Positions 9,632 through 19,500 of a stretch of DNA of 64,000 bases are shown piece after piece (positions within the stretch are counted from its first letter, which is position 1; every line of letters starts with the position of its first letter). The notes under the pieces are model-generated. The model was not told where the DNA came from. It ran no database searches and saw only the letters and a list, made by a program, of their open reading frames with translations. Source of the DNA: Calditrichota bacterium (GTDB lineage Bacteria > Zhuqueibacterota > JdFR-76 > BMS3Abin05); NCBI GenBank assembly GCA_013151735.1, contig JAADHR010000179.1, positions 12,656-76,655 on the forward strand, read 5' to 3'. A program made the translations under genes and the position numbers.

Positions 9632-10618
9632 ATGAAAAGATTTCTTCCATTTTTTATTCTGATTTTTTTGTTTTATTCCCTTTATGGCAGTGAAAAAAAT
9701 CTCCGGACCATTACGCACGAAAGCCGTTATCTAAAAAAATCGGTGTCGTTCATCATCTATTTACCGAATGATTATCAGACCACACAAAAGCATTACCCGG
9801 TGCTTTATTTGCTTCATGGGGCGTACGGGTGCTATCGGGACTGGGTTGAAAAAACAGATGTTGAAAATCTGGCTGACCACTATGATTTTATCCTTGTTTT
9901 TCCCGATGGAAATCCGTTTGGCTGGTATGTGGACAGTCCTCTTGATTCGGCCTCCCAATACGAAAGCTACATCGTAAAGGAACTGATTCCCTACGTGGAT
10001 CACCATTTTCGAACCCGCGCGGATCGCTGGCATCGGGGAATTTGCGGACTCAGCATGGGGGGCCACGGGGCCATTTCGCTGGCGGAAAAGCATCCCGACC
10101 TTTTTGGTTCGGCTTCGTCGCTCAGCGGCATACTGGATATTACGCAGCATCCGCATCAGTGGCATATTGCCGACCGGCTGGGACCCTACTCCGAATTTCC
10201 GAAACGCTGGAAAGCCAATAGCTGTTATTATCTGGCTCCAAAATTGGTCGGAGCACACGTTGCCCTTTTGTTTGATGTCGGACGATCCGATTTTTCGTAT
10301 CCTGAAAATGTCCGGTTTCATTTGAGATTGGATTCCCTCGGTGTGAAGCATATTTTTGAGGTTTATGAAGGATCCCACAATTGGACGTATTGGGGACGTC
10401 ACATTGGCGAACATCTGGCATTTCATAACAAAATCTTCCTCGAAAAAAAATCGGGTGAAGTTAAAATTTCAGGAAGGATTGAGAAAGAGGGAGCACTTAT
10501 TGCTCTGTTGGTGCTCTTTTATTTGCTGTATCAGATGGGGCGAAAGAAGTCCCGATCGGTTCGCGAACGTCGCCGGGAGGTGCTGGATCGAATCAAAAAA
10601 AATCGTGAACGCCGGTAA
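9632..10618 (+). CDS. Secreted alpha/beta-hydrolase esterase (tributyrin/S-formylglutathione hydrolase-like) with C-terminal TM segment and basic tail
   Basis: Signal peptide, YPVLYLLHG, nucleophile GLSMGG, GSHNWTYW. Confidence 0.85.
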   Translation: MKRFLPFFILIFLFYSLYGSEKNLRTITHESRYLKKSVSFIIYLPNDYQTTQKHYPVLYLLHGAYGCYRDWVEKTDVENLADHYDFILVFPDGNPFGWYVDSPLDSASQYESYIVKELIPYVDHHFRTRADRWHRGICGLSMGGHGAISLAEKHPDLFGSASSLSGILDITQHPHQWHIADRLGPYSEFPKRWKANSCYYLAPKLVGAHVALLFDVGRSDFSYPENVRFHLRLDSLGVKHIFEVYEGSHNWTYWGRHIGEHLAFHNKIFLEKKSGEVKISGRIEKEGALIALLVLFYLLYQMGRKKSRSVRERRREVLDRIKKNRERR

Positions 10619-10625
10619 AAAAATC

Positions 10626-10654
10626 TTGCATTCAAAAGAAAAAATCCTTATATT
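10626..10654 (+). promoter_or_regulatory. Sigma70 promoter of tRNA cluster
   Basis: TTGCAT-17 bp-TATATT directly upstream of tRNA-Gly. Confidence 0.7.
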
Positions 10655-10666
10655 TTTTTTGCTTGT

Positions 10667-10738
10667 GCGGGAGTAGCTCAGTGGTAGAGCTTCTCGTTGC
10701 CAACGAGAAGGTCGCGGGTTCAAATCCCGTCTCCCGCT
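10667..10738 (+). tRNA. tRNA-Gly(GCC)
   Basis: Acceptor stem GCGGGAG/CTCCCGC, anticodon loop TTGCCAA, T-loop GGTTCAAATCC. Confidence 0.97.
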
Positions 10739-10779
10739 CTAAGTTTCATTCGGTGTTCAGACCAACTGTCGCTTTTTTT

Positions 10780-10852
10780 GGCGGCGTAGCCAAGTGGCTA
10801 AGGCGACGGTCTGCAAAACCGTTATTCACCGGTTCGAATCCGGTCGCCGCCT
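10780..10852 (+). tRNA. tRNA-Cys(GCA)
   Basis: GGCGGCG/CGCCGCC stem, loop CTGCAAA, GGTTCGAATCC. Confidence 0.97.
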
Positions 10853-10860
10853 CAACATGT

Positions 10861-10946
10861 GCCGGGGTGGCGGAATTGGTAGACGCAAGGGACTTAAAAT
10901 CCCTTGGGCTCTTTAGCCCGTGCCGGTTCGATTCCGGCCCTCGGTA
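10861..10946 (+). tRNA. tRNA-Leu(TAA)
   Basis: GCCGGGG/CCTCGGT stem, loop CTTAAAA, long variable arm, GGTTCGATTCC. Confidence 0.97.
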
Positions 10947-10988
10947 CACGTATTTAGCGTCAGGAACAGACGCTTTTTTATTTTAACC

Positions 10989-11062
10989 GGGCGGTTAGCT
11001 CAGTTGGTTAGAGTACTTGCTTGACATGCAAGGGGTCACTGGTTCAAATCCAGTACCGCCCA
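10989..11062 (+). tRNA. tRNA-Val(GAC)
   Basis: GGGCGGT/ACCGCCC stem, loop TTGACAT, GGTTCAAATCC. Confidence 0.97.
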
Positions 11063-11066
11063 CGAT

Positions 11067-11099
11067 AAACCCTGTTATGCGGAATAACAGGGTTTTTTT
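11067..11099 (+). terminator. Intrinsic terminator of tRNA operon
   Basis: AAACCCTGTTAT-gcgga-ATAACAGGGTTT plus T-tract. Confidence 0.85.
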
Positions 11100-11257
11100 A
11101 TTAGGCACCCGCTTATGGGAGACTCCGTTTCATTCGTCAATTCAAAATTACCCGTTCAGACCGAAATATTCCTTTGATTCTTCATAAAAAATTTCTATTT
11201 TATTCTAATAGAAATTGAAAATCGGAACGAGAAAATAAGAAAGAATCCGGCATTCAA

Positions 11258-11980
11258 ATGACCGAAGAATCCCCCAAAATATCCCTTGTGGTAATTGCCA
11301 AGAAATGGCTCTGGTTATCTTACGATCATATCGGCTGGCTGATTTTATTGAATTTTGCCTATGCCGTTTTGAGTATCACCATCGTGGGAGCCGGATTTGC
11401 GTTTAGCATGATCTTTATCAGTGTGGCAAAATTGTTTGGTGATCAATCGTATTCCTTTTCCGAATGGGGGCAGGATATTCGCAAAAACTGGAAATGGGCG
11501 TTTGGGTACGGATCACTGCTTCTGGGGCTATTTTTGGTCATTGCGGCCAATGTTTATTTTTATAGGAACTTCCATCAGGGCGGGCGTCTGGCGGAATGGC
11601 TCTCCACGATCATATTTTGGTTTGCCATTGTTTACCTGATGTACAGCTTATGGGTACTTCCTACAAAAGTCTATTTTCAGGAATCTCTCAAACGATCATT
11701 CAAAAAGGCGTGGATTCTCTGTTTTGATAACCTCAAGGTTTCGTTGACGATGCTGTTTCTCTTTATTGTGCTTGTTTTTGTCGGATTGTACACAGGCATC
11801 ATTTATTTCCTGCTTACTCTTGGGCTGACAACCTCTTTTATCTGGGTTGCTTTTTGCGAGGTTCTGAAAAAATACCAGATAGAAAGTCCTCTGCCCGAGG
11901 TGGAAAAACGAAGCCTGAAGGAATTAATTCGCCCCTGGACTTCTGGACTTCCTGATTGGCCCTGCCGGTTTTTCTTTTGA
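11258..11980 (+). CDS. Integral membrane protein (DUF624/YesL-like)
   Basis: About 5 TM helices; 'LILLNF..LS.TIVGAG' start pattern resembles DUF624. Confidence 0.55.
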   Translation: MTEESPKISLVVIAKKWLWLSYDHIGWLILLNFAYAVLSITIVGAGFAFSMIFISVAKLFGDQSYSFSEWGQDIRKNWKWAFGYGSLLLGLFLVIAANVYFYRNFHQGGRLAEWLSTIIFWFAIVYLMYSLWVLPTKVYFQESLKRSFKKAWILCFDNLKVSLTMLFLFIVLVFVGLYTGIIYFLLTLGLTTSFIWVAFCEVLKKYQIESPLPEVEKRSLKELIRPWTSGLPDWPCRFFF

Positions 11981-12050
11981 ATGAGAAAAATAATCCCCTC
12001 AAAACTCATTTTTCAACAGGGTAACTGCGCGCTTCCCGATAAAGATTTAG

Positions 12051-12067
12051 GCCGCGAATACGCGAAT
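12051..12067 (+). repeat. Dispersed repeat GCCGCGAATRCGCGAAT, copy 1
   Basis: 16/17 match to the reverse complement of 31724-31740; related to 43952-43969. Confidence 0.55.
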
Positions 12068-12167
12068 AAAAAGCCGCGGAGCGTGAAGAATTTGATGGAA
12101 ATGGCGCGCCTAAAAATTGAGGCAGTTTCCGGATTCTTTTCGTGTTTTGTGACTTCGACTTTTGGGT

Positions 12168-14654
12168 CTATTTCTTCTTTTCCTCGTCTATTTCTTTCTT
12201 GGATTTGAGATGTTTTAGGGCGATTTCCATCGATTTCTTGACCCGCGGATCAATTTCGTTCTTTATCGCTTCCTCCAGAGGTTGAATAGCCCGGTAGTCG
12301 CCGATTCGAGACAGTGTGAATGCGGCCTGACGGCGTGCCCAATTGGAAGGATCCTTCAGATGCTCGATGAGAAACGGAACAACTTTTGGATTTTTCTTTC
12401 CGGCCCGTCCCACGGCGCGCAAAACCGACATCCGCAGGGTGGCCGGGTAATTCAGGCTCCCGTAAGGCAGCATGATGTCCACGGCTTCCGGGGTTTTAAG
12501 ACGAGCCAATGCCCGAATGGCTGCCTTGCGAATTTGTTCGTTGTAGGAATCCATTGCAAGAGCTTTTTGAAGAAACGGCAGGGCATGGGTGGAATCCAAT
12601 CTTGCAATGGCCCGAATGGCTGCCGATTCGACCGCATAACTGGAATCCGATTGAAACGTCTCCTGGATTTTTGCCACTAAAGTCGTGTCTTTAAAACTGG
12701 CGAGAGCCGAGATCGCTTCTGCCCGTACGCGGCTTTTGGGATCGTGCATGGCGGAAACCAATTCAGCTTTTGCCCATTGGGGATGTACCTCGCCCAAAAA
12801 ACGAGCCGATTCCCGGCGAAGCACCCAGAACGGATCTGACTTTAAGCGGGCAGCAATTGCTCTTTGCACGGTTTCGTCGTCTTTGTACGATTTTTTAAGC
12901 GCGTTCAGGGCATCCAACCGATCCACGGCATATTCAGCCCGCGTCAATTGAAGCAGCCATTCGTCTTTGCTTTTGTTAAAATGGACGGTTTTTAAGATGT
13001 GGTTCCCCGGATCAAAAATTACCAGATCAGGATTACGGGTGCACGGCAAGTAAAATGTGGTATCTGCTGTTGAAAGAGTGACCCGGGCCGTTTGTTTGTG
13101 CGTGCCGGTAATCATCCGTATTCGAACGGGCATTCTGAAAACGGTGGTCAGGGTGTCGCCAACCTGTGTTTGTTTTACGTGAAGGGCCAGTGCTTTCAGG
13201 GAGTCCACCCAGGTTTTGCTGATGTCAAATTTCGGATAGCCGCCGGAGTAGACCCATTCATTGAAAAACCAGTAGAGATTTTTTCCGGTACCGTCTTCGA
13301 AGGCCTTTTTGAGATCGGGGGCTTCTACCAATTTTTTGGCATTTGTGACGGCGTAGGTGTTCAGGCCCTTCCAGAAAAGTTCGTCGCCAACCACATAGCG
13401 CAGCATGTGAAGAACCCAGGCTCCCTTATCATAGGCATGGCGATCAAACATATTAATCGGGTATTTGTATCGGTACCAGTTCAGTGTGCGGCGATAGACC
13501 GTTGAGTCTTCCGCCATGTACACTTTGGCGGTATTTCGCATATTGATATCCAGTGCATCCCGCCCCTTTGTGTGTTCGGTCCAGAGTGAGGCAAAATAGG
13601 TGGCAAACCCCTCGTTTAGCCAGGAATTCGTCCAATTACGGCAGGTCAGCCAGTCGCCCCACCACTGGTGGGCCAGCTCATGTGCGATCAGCCCTTCGCT
13701 GGTGCCGTCAATTGTACTTCGTCTGTCGCGCATGGTGGCGGAGGTCAACGTGGTGGCCGAGATATTCTCCATTCCGCCGTACATAAAATTGTCGACGACG
13801 CTCTGGGCATATTTGGCGTAGGGATATTCCACACCGATCCGTTTTGAAAAAAACTCGATAATCCGGGGCGTTTTTTCAAAAGTCGGTTTGGCGTAGGGCT
13901 TTTGATCAGGATGAACATAATACTGAACCGGAATTTTTTTATAAAAGTCCTCCACCTTAACATAATTTCCGGCTACAATGGAGGTCAGGTAAGACACGTG
14001 GGGCGTTGTTATTTTCCAGTGGAAGGTGCGAGTGGAATCCGTTTTGTTTTCGGTCACCGCCACCAGCTTGCCGTTGGAAATGGCAATATTGGGGCGCTTA
14101 ATGGTGATGAAGACGTCGCTTGATGCGCGGTCATTTGGATAATCCCAGCAGGGAAACCAGTAGTGATTGTCCTCCATTTCACCCTGGGAATAGATTTCAA
14201 AATGATTTTTTCCTCCCTTTTTCGGCAAAATAAAATAGAGACCCTTTTTGGGTTTTTTAACCGTGTAGTCGATGGACACATCCAGTGTGTCTCTCGAAGA
14301 ATAGGCTTGGTCTAAATAAATAACCAATTTTTCAGGGTGTTTTTTGAATTTCAGGTTTGTTTTGGGAACAAGCTGCACCGAATGAATCTCCATTTTGGCG
14401 GCGTCCAATACAACGGAATCGACGCCGGAGTGAAAGGGGGTTAGTGTCAGCCGTTCTTTTGCAAAAAGGGTTTTATTGGGGGCATCGAATGAAAGTTTCA
14501 GCGTGTAATGAATAATATGGAAATCCCGGTCCGGGGCGTGATGCTCCGGGCCTTCCATGGGTTTGATTTTGGCTGCGTGTAATATAAGCGCCGGGGAAAG
14601 GCCGACTACCATCAGGAATACCAGACCGTTTAGTAAGCGATGAACCTGTTTCAT
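12168..14654 (-). CDS. Secreted M1 family aminopeptidase with C-terminal HEAT repeats
   Basis: GGMEN, HELAHQWWG...WLNEGFA zinc motif, AYDKG, HEAT/PBS-lyase repeats. Confidence 0.93.
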   Translation of the reverse strand: MKQVHRLLNGLVFLMVVGLSPALILHAAKIKPMEGPEHHAPDRDFHIIHYTLKLSFDAPNKTLFAKERLTLTPFHSGVDSVVLDAAKMEIHSVQLVPKTNLKFKKHPEKLVIYLDQAYSSRDTLDVSIDYTVKKPKKGLYFILPKKGGKNHFEIYSQGEMEDNHYWFPCWDYPNDRASSDVFITIKRPNIAISNGKLVAVTENKTDSTRTFHWKITTPHVSYLTSIVAGNYVKVEDFYKKIPVQYYVHPDQKPYAKPTFEKTPRIIEFFSKRIGVEYPYAKYAQSVVDNFMYGGMENISATTLTSATMRDRRSTIDGTSEGLIAHELAHQWWGDWLTCRNWTNSWLNEGFATYFASLWTEHTKGRDALDINMRNTAKVYMAEDSTVYRRTLNWYRYKYPINMFDRHAYDKGAWVLHMLRYVVGDELFWKGLNTYAVTNAKKLVEAPDLKKAFEDGTGKNLYWFFNEWVYSGGYPKFDISKTWVDSLKALALHVKQTQVGDTLTTVFRMPVRIRMITGTHKQTARVTLSTADTTFYLPCTRNPDLVIFDPGNHILKTVHFNKSKDEWLLQLTRAEYAVDRLDALNALKKSYKDDETVQRAIAARLKSDPFWVLRRESARFLGEVHPQWAKAELVSAMHDPKSRVRAEAISALASFKDTTLVAKIQETFQSDSSYAVESAAIRAIARLDSTHALPFLQKALAMDSYNEQIRKAAIRALARLKTPEAVDIMLPYGSLNYPATLRMSVLRAVGRAGKKNPKVVPFLIEHLKDPSNWARRQAAFTLSRIGDYRAIQPLEEAIKNEIDPRVKKSMEIALKHLKSKKEIDEEKKK

Positions 14655-14901
14655 AAGAATCCTCCGAAATTAATAGAATATATCAATATTAAGATAACGA
14701 AATTTCACGGCAAATGTTACAAAAAATTTCGGGTATTTCCGATCGGCCTTTAAGAGCTCTATTACGTGCCTGTCCTGTTATAACTCCCGGTCCGGCCTGT
14801 TTTTAAAATGATGCACTCTTTGGGAAAATATCACTGTAAATTCTTGAAAAGAAATAAAATGATCAGAATGAATATATGACAATTTTTTAACAAATATTGA
14901 C

Positions 14902-14930
14902 TTGACAGTCTGATGAAAAATGTATACATT
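14902..14930 (+). promoter_or_regulatory. Sigma70 promoter of barrel/scaffoldin operon
   Basis: TTGACA-17 bp-TACATT. Confidence 0.65.
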
Positions 14931-15016
14931 AAATGAAATTTGATTGGGCTTTTCCTTCTTCCGGTTGGGTGTTCTTTCTGCTGAAAAAACCTTGTTTAAT
15001 CCAGGACAAAATACGC

Positions 15017-16456
15017 ATGAAAAAACTATTCTCACTGACTCTTTGGGTGATGTTTTTTTCAAATACCCTTTTTGCTCAGGGCACGAGCAGTAAAATAGAG
15101 AAATTAGTGGGCGGTCATTTCGATTTTGATGGTGAAGTGGTCAGTACCTCTTTGTCTTCTCTTCATTCCGGCCGGTTTACGCCCTCAAACAATTATCTGG
15201 CCTGGATGGATTTTTATCAAAACCCGGCCTTCTCAACGGGTATTAAAAATCCCTTTATAACCACCTTTTTTGCGCCGTCTATTGCGATTCATCCCAATCG
15301 ATTTATGGATGTGAATGGCCGCGTTCAGCGGGCAATAGACAATGGAATAGCCAGTTACCGGTCTGATTCGCTCCGATTGATTTATCCTCAACTCGAAAGT
15401 GTCTTCCGCAAGAACCGATATTGGGGACAGGGTCTCATCAGTTTTCCGGCAGGCGGCGTTGTGTTTACATTGGGCTACCAGCGTCAGCTTTCACTGAATC
15501 TTCAAACCTTTTTAACAGGGGCAGAGGCGACCATTTCCACCCAGGTGCCCCTTTCAGAAACTACAAGTGAGGTGGTTTTTAATGCCTTCCTGGATGCCAA
15601 TTTTCGGTTCAGCATAAATGTGGACAAGACCACAATGGGATTGGCGAAGGTCATTCGCAACCGGTTTGCATTTGGATTTTCTCTGGATCGGTATGGCGGG
15701 AATGTTGAAACGGTTGGATTCATGGATGCGCAGGGGGACATGCTTTTTAACGGTCACGAGTATATTTTTAATAATTCCAATGATAATTGGTACAACCGGC
15801 TGACACAGGCTATTAAAGGCCGATACAAGGGAAGCGGTTGGCGGATGAATTGGGGCGGTTGGTATGTTTATAATCGGAATTTCATTTTCGACGGCGTCAT
15901 TTCCATGCAAACCCCCATGCGCCTGGATGGAAATCTCTCTATTCACGTTAACAAAATTCCCGCACTGAACATCGACGCCCTGTCTTCGGATGATCCCAAC
16001 GCGGAAATTCTGGATCCGGCGAAGCTGGATTTGTCCCAATTAACCCTCACCGATTCCGTAGAAAATCCCACATATCCGGCCCTTTTTCTGCATCAACAAT
16101 CGTATCTGAAAGTGGGAGTTCTCTACCAAACGCCGCATTTTTATTGGTACAACAGTATGGTCCAGAATTTTGGTTACGCCGGAATAGGCTATGGACCCTA
16201 CGAATTTGGATTGCAATCAAAACTGGATTGGCAAACCCTGTTTGGATTCCATCATTTTTATATGGAAATCCGATTAAAATATATGAAGAGTTTTATTCAT
16301 CATTCGGAAAAGCTCGGAAAGGGAGAAAGCCGAATCTGGCTGCCTTCATTTGCCATGGGGTATGCCCGGCTGTTTCAAAAACATTACCCGATTCATGTCG
16401 GACTTTCCCTTTTGCCCGATCCCATTCTCTATTTTTCAACGGGCTACCAATTTTAA
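15017..16456 (+). CDS. Outer-membrane beta-barrel protein (FadL/PorV-like)
   Basis: Signal peptide MKKLFSLTLW...TLFA, YQNPAF motif, amphipathic strands, C-terminal GYQF. Confidence 0.6.
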   Translation: MKKLFSLTLWVMFFSNTLFAQGTSSKIEKLVGGHFDFDGEVVSTSLSSLHSGRFTPSNNYLAWMDFYQNPAFSTGIKNPFITTFFAPSIAIHPNRFMDVNGRVQRAIDNGIASYRSDSLRLIYPQLESVFRKNRYWGQGLISFPAGGVVFTLGYQRQLSLNLQTFLTGAEATISTQVPLSETTSEVVFNAFLDANFRFSINVDKTTMGLAKVIRNRFAFGFSLDRYGGNVETVGFMDAQGDMLFNGHEYIFNNSNDNWYNRLTQAIKGRYKGSGWRMNWGGWYVYNRNFIFDGVISMQTPMRLDGNLSIHVNKIPALNIDALSSDDPNAEILDPAKLDLSQLTLTDSVENPTYPALFLHQQSYLKVGVLYQTPHFYWYNSMVQNFGYAGIGYGPYEFGLQSKLDWQTLFGFHHFYMEIRLKYMKSFIHHSEKLGKGESRIWLPSFAMGYARLFQKHYPIHVGLSLLPDPILYFSTGYQF

Positions 16457-16506
16457 TGCTTTCGGCAGGTTTTGAACAGTTTTCATTTTGAATTTTAGGC
16501 GGGATA

Positions 16507-19500
16507 ATGCAAAAAAAAGCAGTTCTAATTTGGATTGGGCTAATTGTCCTGATGTTACCCCATCAGGCTGCGGCCCAGCAAATTACACTTACAAGCGTAC
16601 CCTATCAGCTCATTAGTGAGTCCGAATCCGTTACGGTGACATGGGCAGAGCCGATTCAGGCGACACTTCATTACGGAACGACCCATGGAGTGTACAATGC
16701 CTCAATTTCAAAAAGCGGTACGCGCTCACTCACATTTACTCCGCAAAATGAAGGCATTCATCCCGGGGTTTATTATGGGATTATTACCAATGGCTCGCTG
16801 CGGTCGGCTGAGTTTCCGTTCATTGTAGAGGCATCTGTGTCTCCGATTATGCGCGAACCCACAAATAACGGAACCGTTCGGACAGCCACGCCTGAATTTC
16901 AGTGGGATGAAGTTTCCGGGGTTCCCTTTTACCACCTCATTCTTTCCGATCACGAAGCGATTATTACACGGGATCCCGATACCGGCGAGTTGCAGTTAAC
17001 CGGTGCCAATATCATCTGGCAGGTGATTACGTCTGAGACACATATTACGTATGGCGATCCCGATCCTTCCGGCTACTTTACGGATTTCAACGGGACCACT
17101 CCGCCGCTGCTCAATGGAAATCACTACACCTGGATCGTGCTGAACAACTATGGAAATAATCCGGCCTTCACATCATTGGTTCAATCAGGTGTAAGTGCGT
17201 TCTACGTTAATCTTTCCACGACAGCAGCCAAGCCCATTCTTATCTCACCGGCTGACGGAGTCTCTCTGAATTCAAAAACCATTACATTCCAATGGCAGCC
17301 TGCGTCCGGTGCGGTCAATTATCAAATTTCACTGTTTGAGTACATTTACGAAGAGGGAAGTTCCTCCAGCTTTCTCATTTGGAGCACCACCACTTCGAAT
17401 ACGTCCATTGATTTTCCGGCACGCACAGTATTAAAGGGAACGAAATACGCCTGGCGTGTACTGGCCATGGACAATTCCGGCAACGGAACGCCAAGCGACA
17501 CGCGTCAATTTTCTTACACTGTACCGGTCAGCGCATTAAGCATTCGCACCCTTCAGATGGATGGAACCAATCTTCCCCGAACCAACGTTACCTTAACGGC
17601 TATTGATGGCTCTTCGGATAACGTGTCTTTCATTACATCGGATAATGGCAATTTTACAGCTACGGTCCGGCCGGGTTCGTATGCGATTACGGGTTCAAAG
17701 GAAGGCTTTTTGGATACGACTAAAACCGTTGAGGTGGAGGCGGGGGATACCCTTTCCGTCGCATTGCGTTTAAGGAAGGCGTCCCATCGCGTAAAGGGGG
17801 TCACGCGTAACCAGGCCGATCAGCTTCTGCCGTCTGTTTCACTGCGGGCGGAAGAGAATCTTTCCGGCCGGCTTCTGGAGACCTCCTCCGACGCAAACGG
17901 GAATTTCGTACTCAGCCTTTCCAGCGGGGTCTGGGATATCTGGGGACAGAAAGAGAACTATTCCAATTCAGATACGGTTCGGGTTGTGTTATCATCTCAG
18001 GAAGAAGTAACCTTGGCTCAGCCCCTTGTTTTAAAGGAATTTGACAGTTTCATTACGGGTACGGTGGTGGATGTAAATAAACAGCCCGTTATTACGGCAC
18101 GCGTACAGGCACAGAAGGATGCACGGGTTGTTTCTCAGTTTACGGCCAATAATGGATCTTTTCGCTTGCAGGTGAGCAGCGGCAAGTGGACGGTGACGGT
18201 TACAAAGGGAGGCTATGTGAGCCCGGCGCCCCGAATTGTCCAGGTGACGCCCGGAGCGACAATAAATCTGACTCCCGACCTGGAGCTCACGTCCAATGCC
18301 GGGGTTTTGACCGGCTTTGTTTTCAGCGGACAGAACTCCGTAAATGGGGCGGAAGTGAAGGCCATCCCTCCGTCAGGACAGCCGGTTTCTTTTTTAACCG
18401 ATCCCAAGGGAGCGTATGCGTTGAATCTGGCTCCCGGGAATTATACCGTCACCGTTTCCAAGCAGGGGTACGCACCACCTGACCCGCTGCAGGTATCTCT
18501 GCACTCCGGTGAAACCCTTTCCAACCTGAATTTTAATCTTCGGGTAAATCCCGTTTTTATCTCCGGAAAAGCCGCCTCAGGCGGAAAACCCCTTGAAGGG
18601 GTGATCATTCAGACAGACGGGGCAAACGACACGACTCTTTCTGACGGGTCTTACCGCCTTTGGGTTCAACCCGGGACGTACCGAATAACGGCATCCAAAA
18701 CGGGATATGCGGCAACGGGAATTCAAACCGTAACCATTGCCCTGGGTGAAAATAAGACAGGGGTCAATTTTACACTTGTGCCCAATGTTGGAACGATTAA
18801 GGGACGTGTTCAACAGGGGAATTTGCCCATTGTGGGGGCAGCCGTTTTGGCCTATTCCGGAACGGATACATTTCGCACGCTGCCCGGAAATGTGGGACAA
18901 TACACCCTTTCGGTAAAACCCGGCACCTGGACAATCCGGGCTGAAAAGGAAGGCTTTGTTCCCGCCCAATTGAATACGCCCGTGCAATCCGGTCAAACCG
19001 TTACGGGTGTGGATTTCAATCTTACACTCAACTTGGGCACGATTTCCGGAAAAATCACGGACAATCATGGACGGGCGGTTGAAAATGCATGGGTCGATGT
19101 GATTGGAGAAAATCTCCAATCGGTGTCTGATCTGAATGGAAATTACACCATTCAGCTGGAACCGGGACCTTACCAGCTAAAGGCATGGAAACCGGGGTTT
19201 AGCAGCCAGACGACGTCCGTTACGGCAGTACTTAATTCAACAATTACGAAGAATTTTTCCCTGACCACCATGGGAACGTTGACCGGAAAAATAACGGACA
19301 GTTCCACGGGTCTGCCCATCAATAAGGCGGCCGTGTGGGTGATCCTGGGAGCCGACACGACGCAAACGGAAACGGATTACACGGGCGAATACACCTTTTT
19401 TCTCAATTCGGGGACGTACACCCTGGTCGCCGATCAATTGGGATATCACCGAAAGCAGCTCAGTGTGTCGCTTGCGGCAGGTGCCGTCAAAATCCAAAAT

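Noticed and set aside
10469..10986. ORFs 10469..10723, 10663..10986 and 10746..10949
   Set aside because: They are shadow translations of the tRNA genes.
10667..11062. tRNAs lack an encoded CCA; possible integration site
   Set aside because: Post-transcriptional CCA addition is common, and I saw no integrase or duplicated tRNA 3' end in the window.
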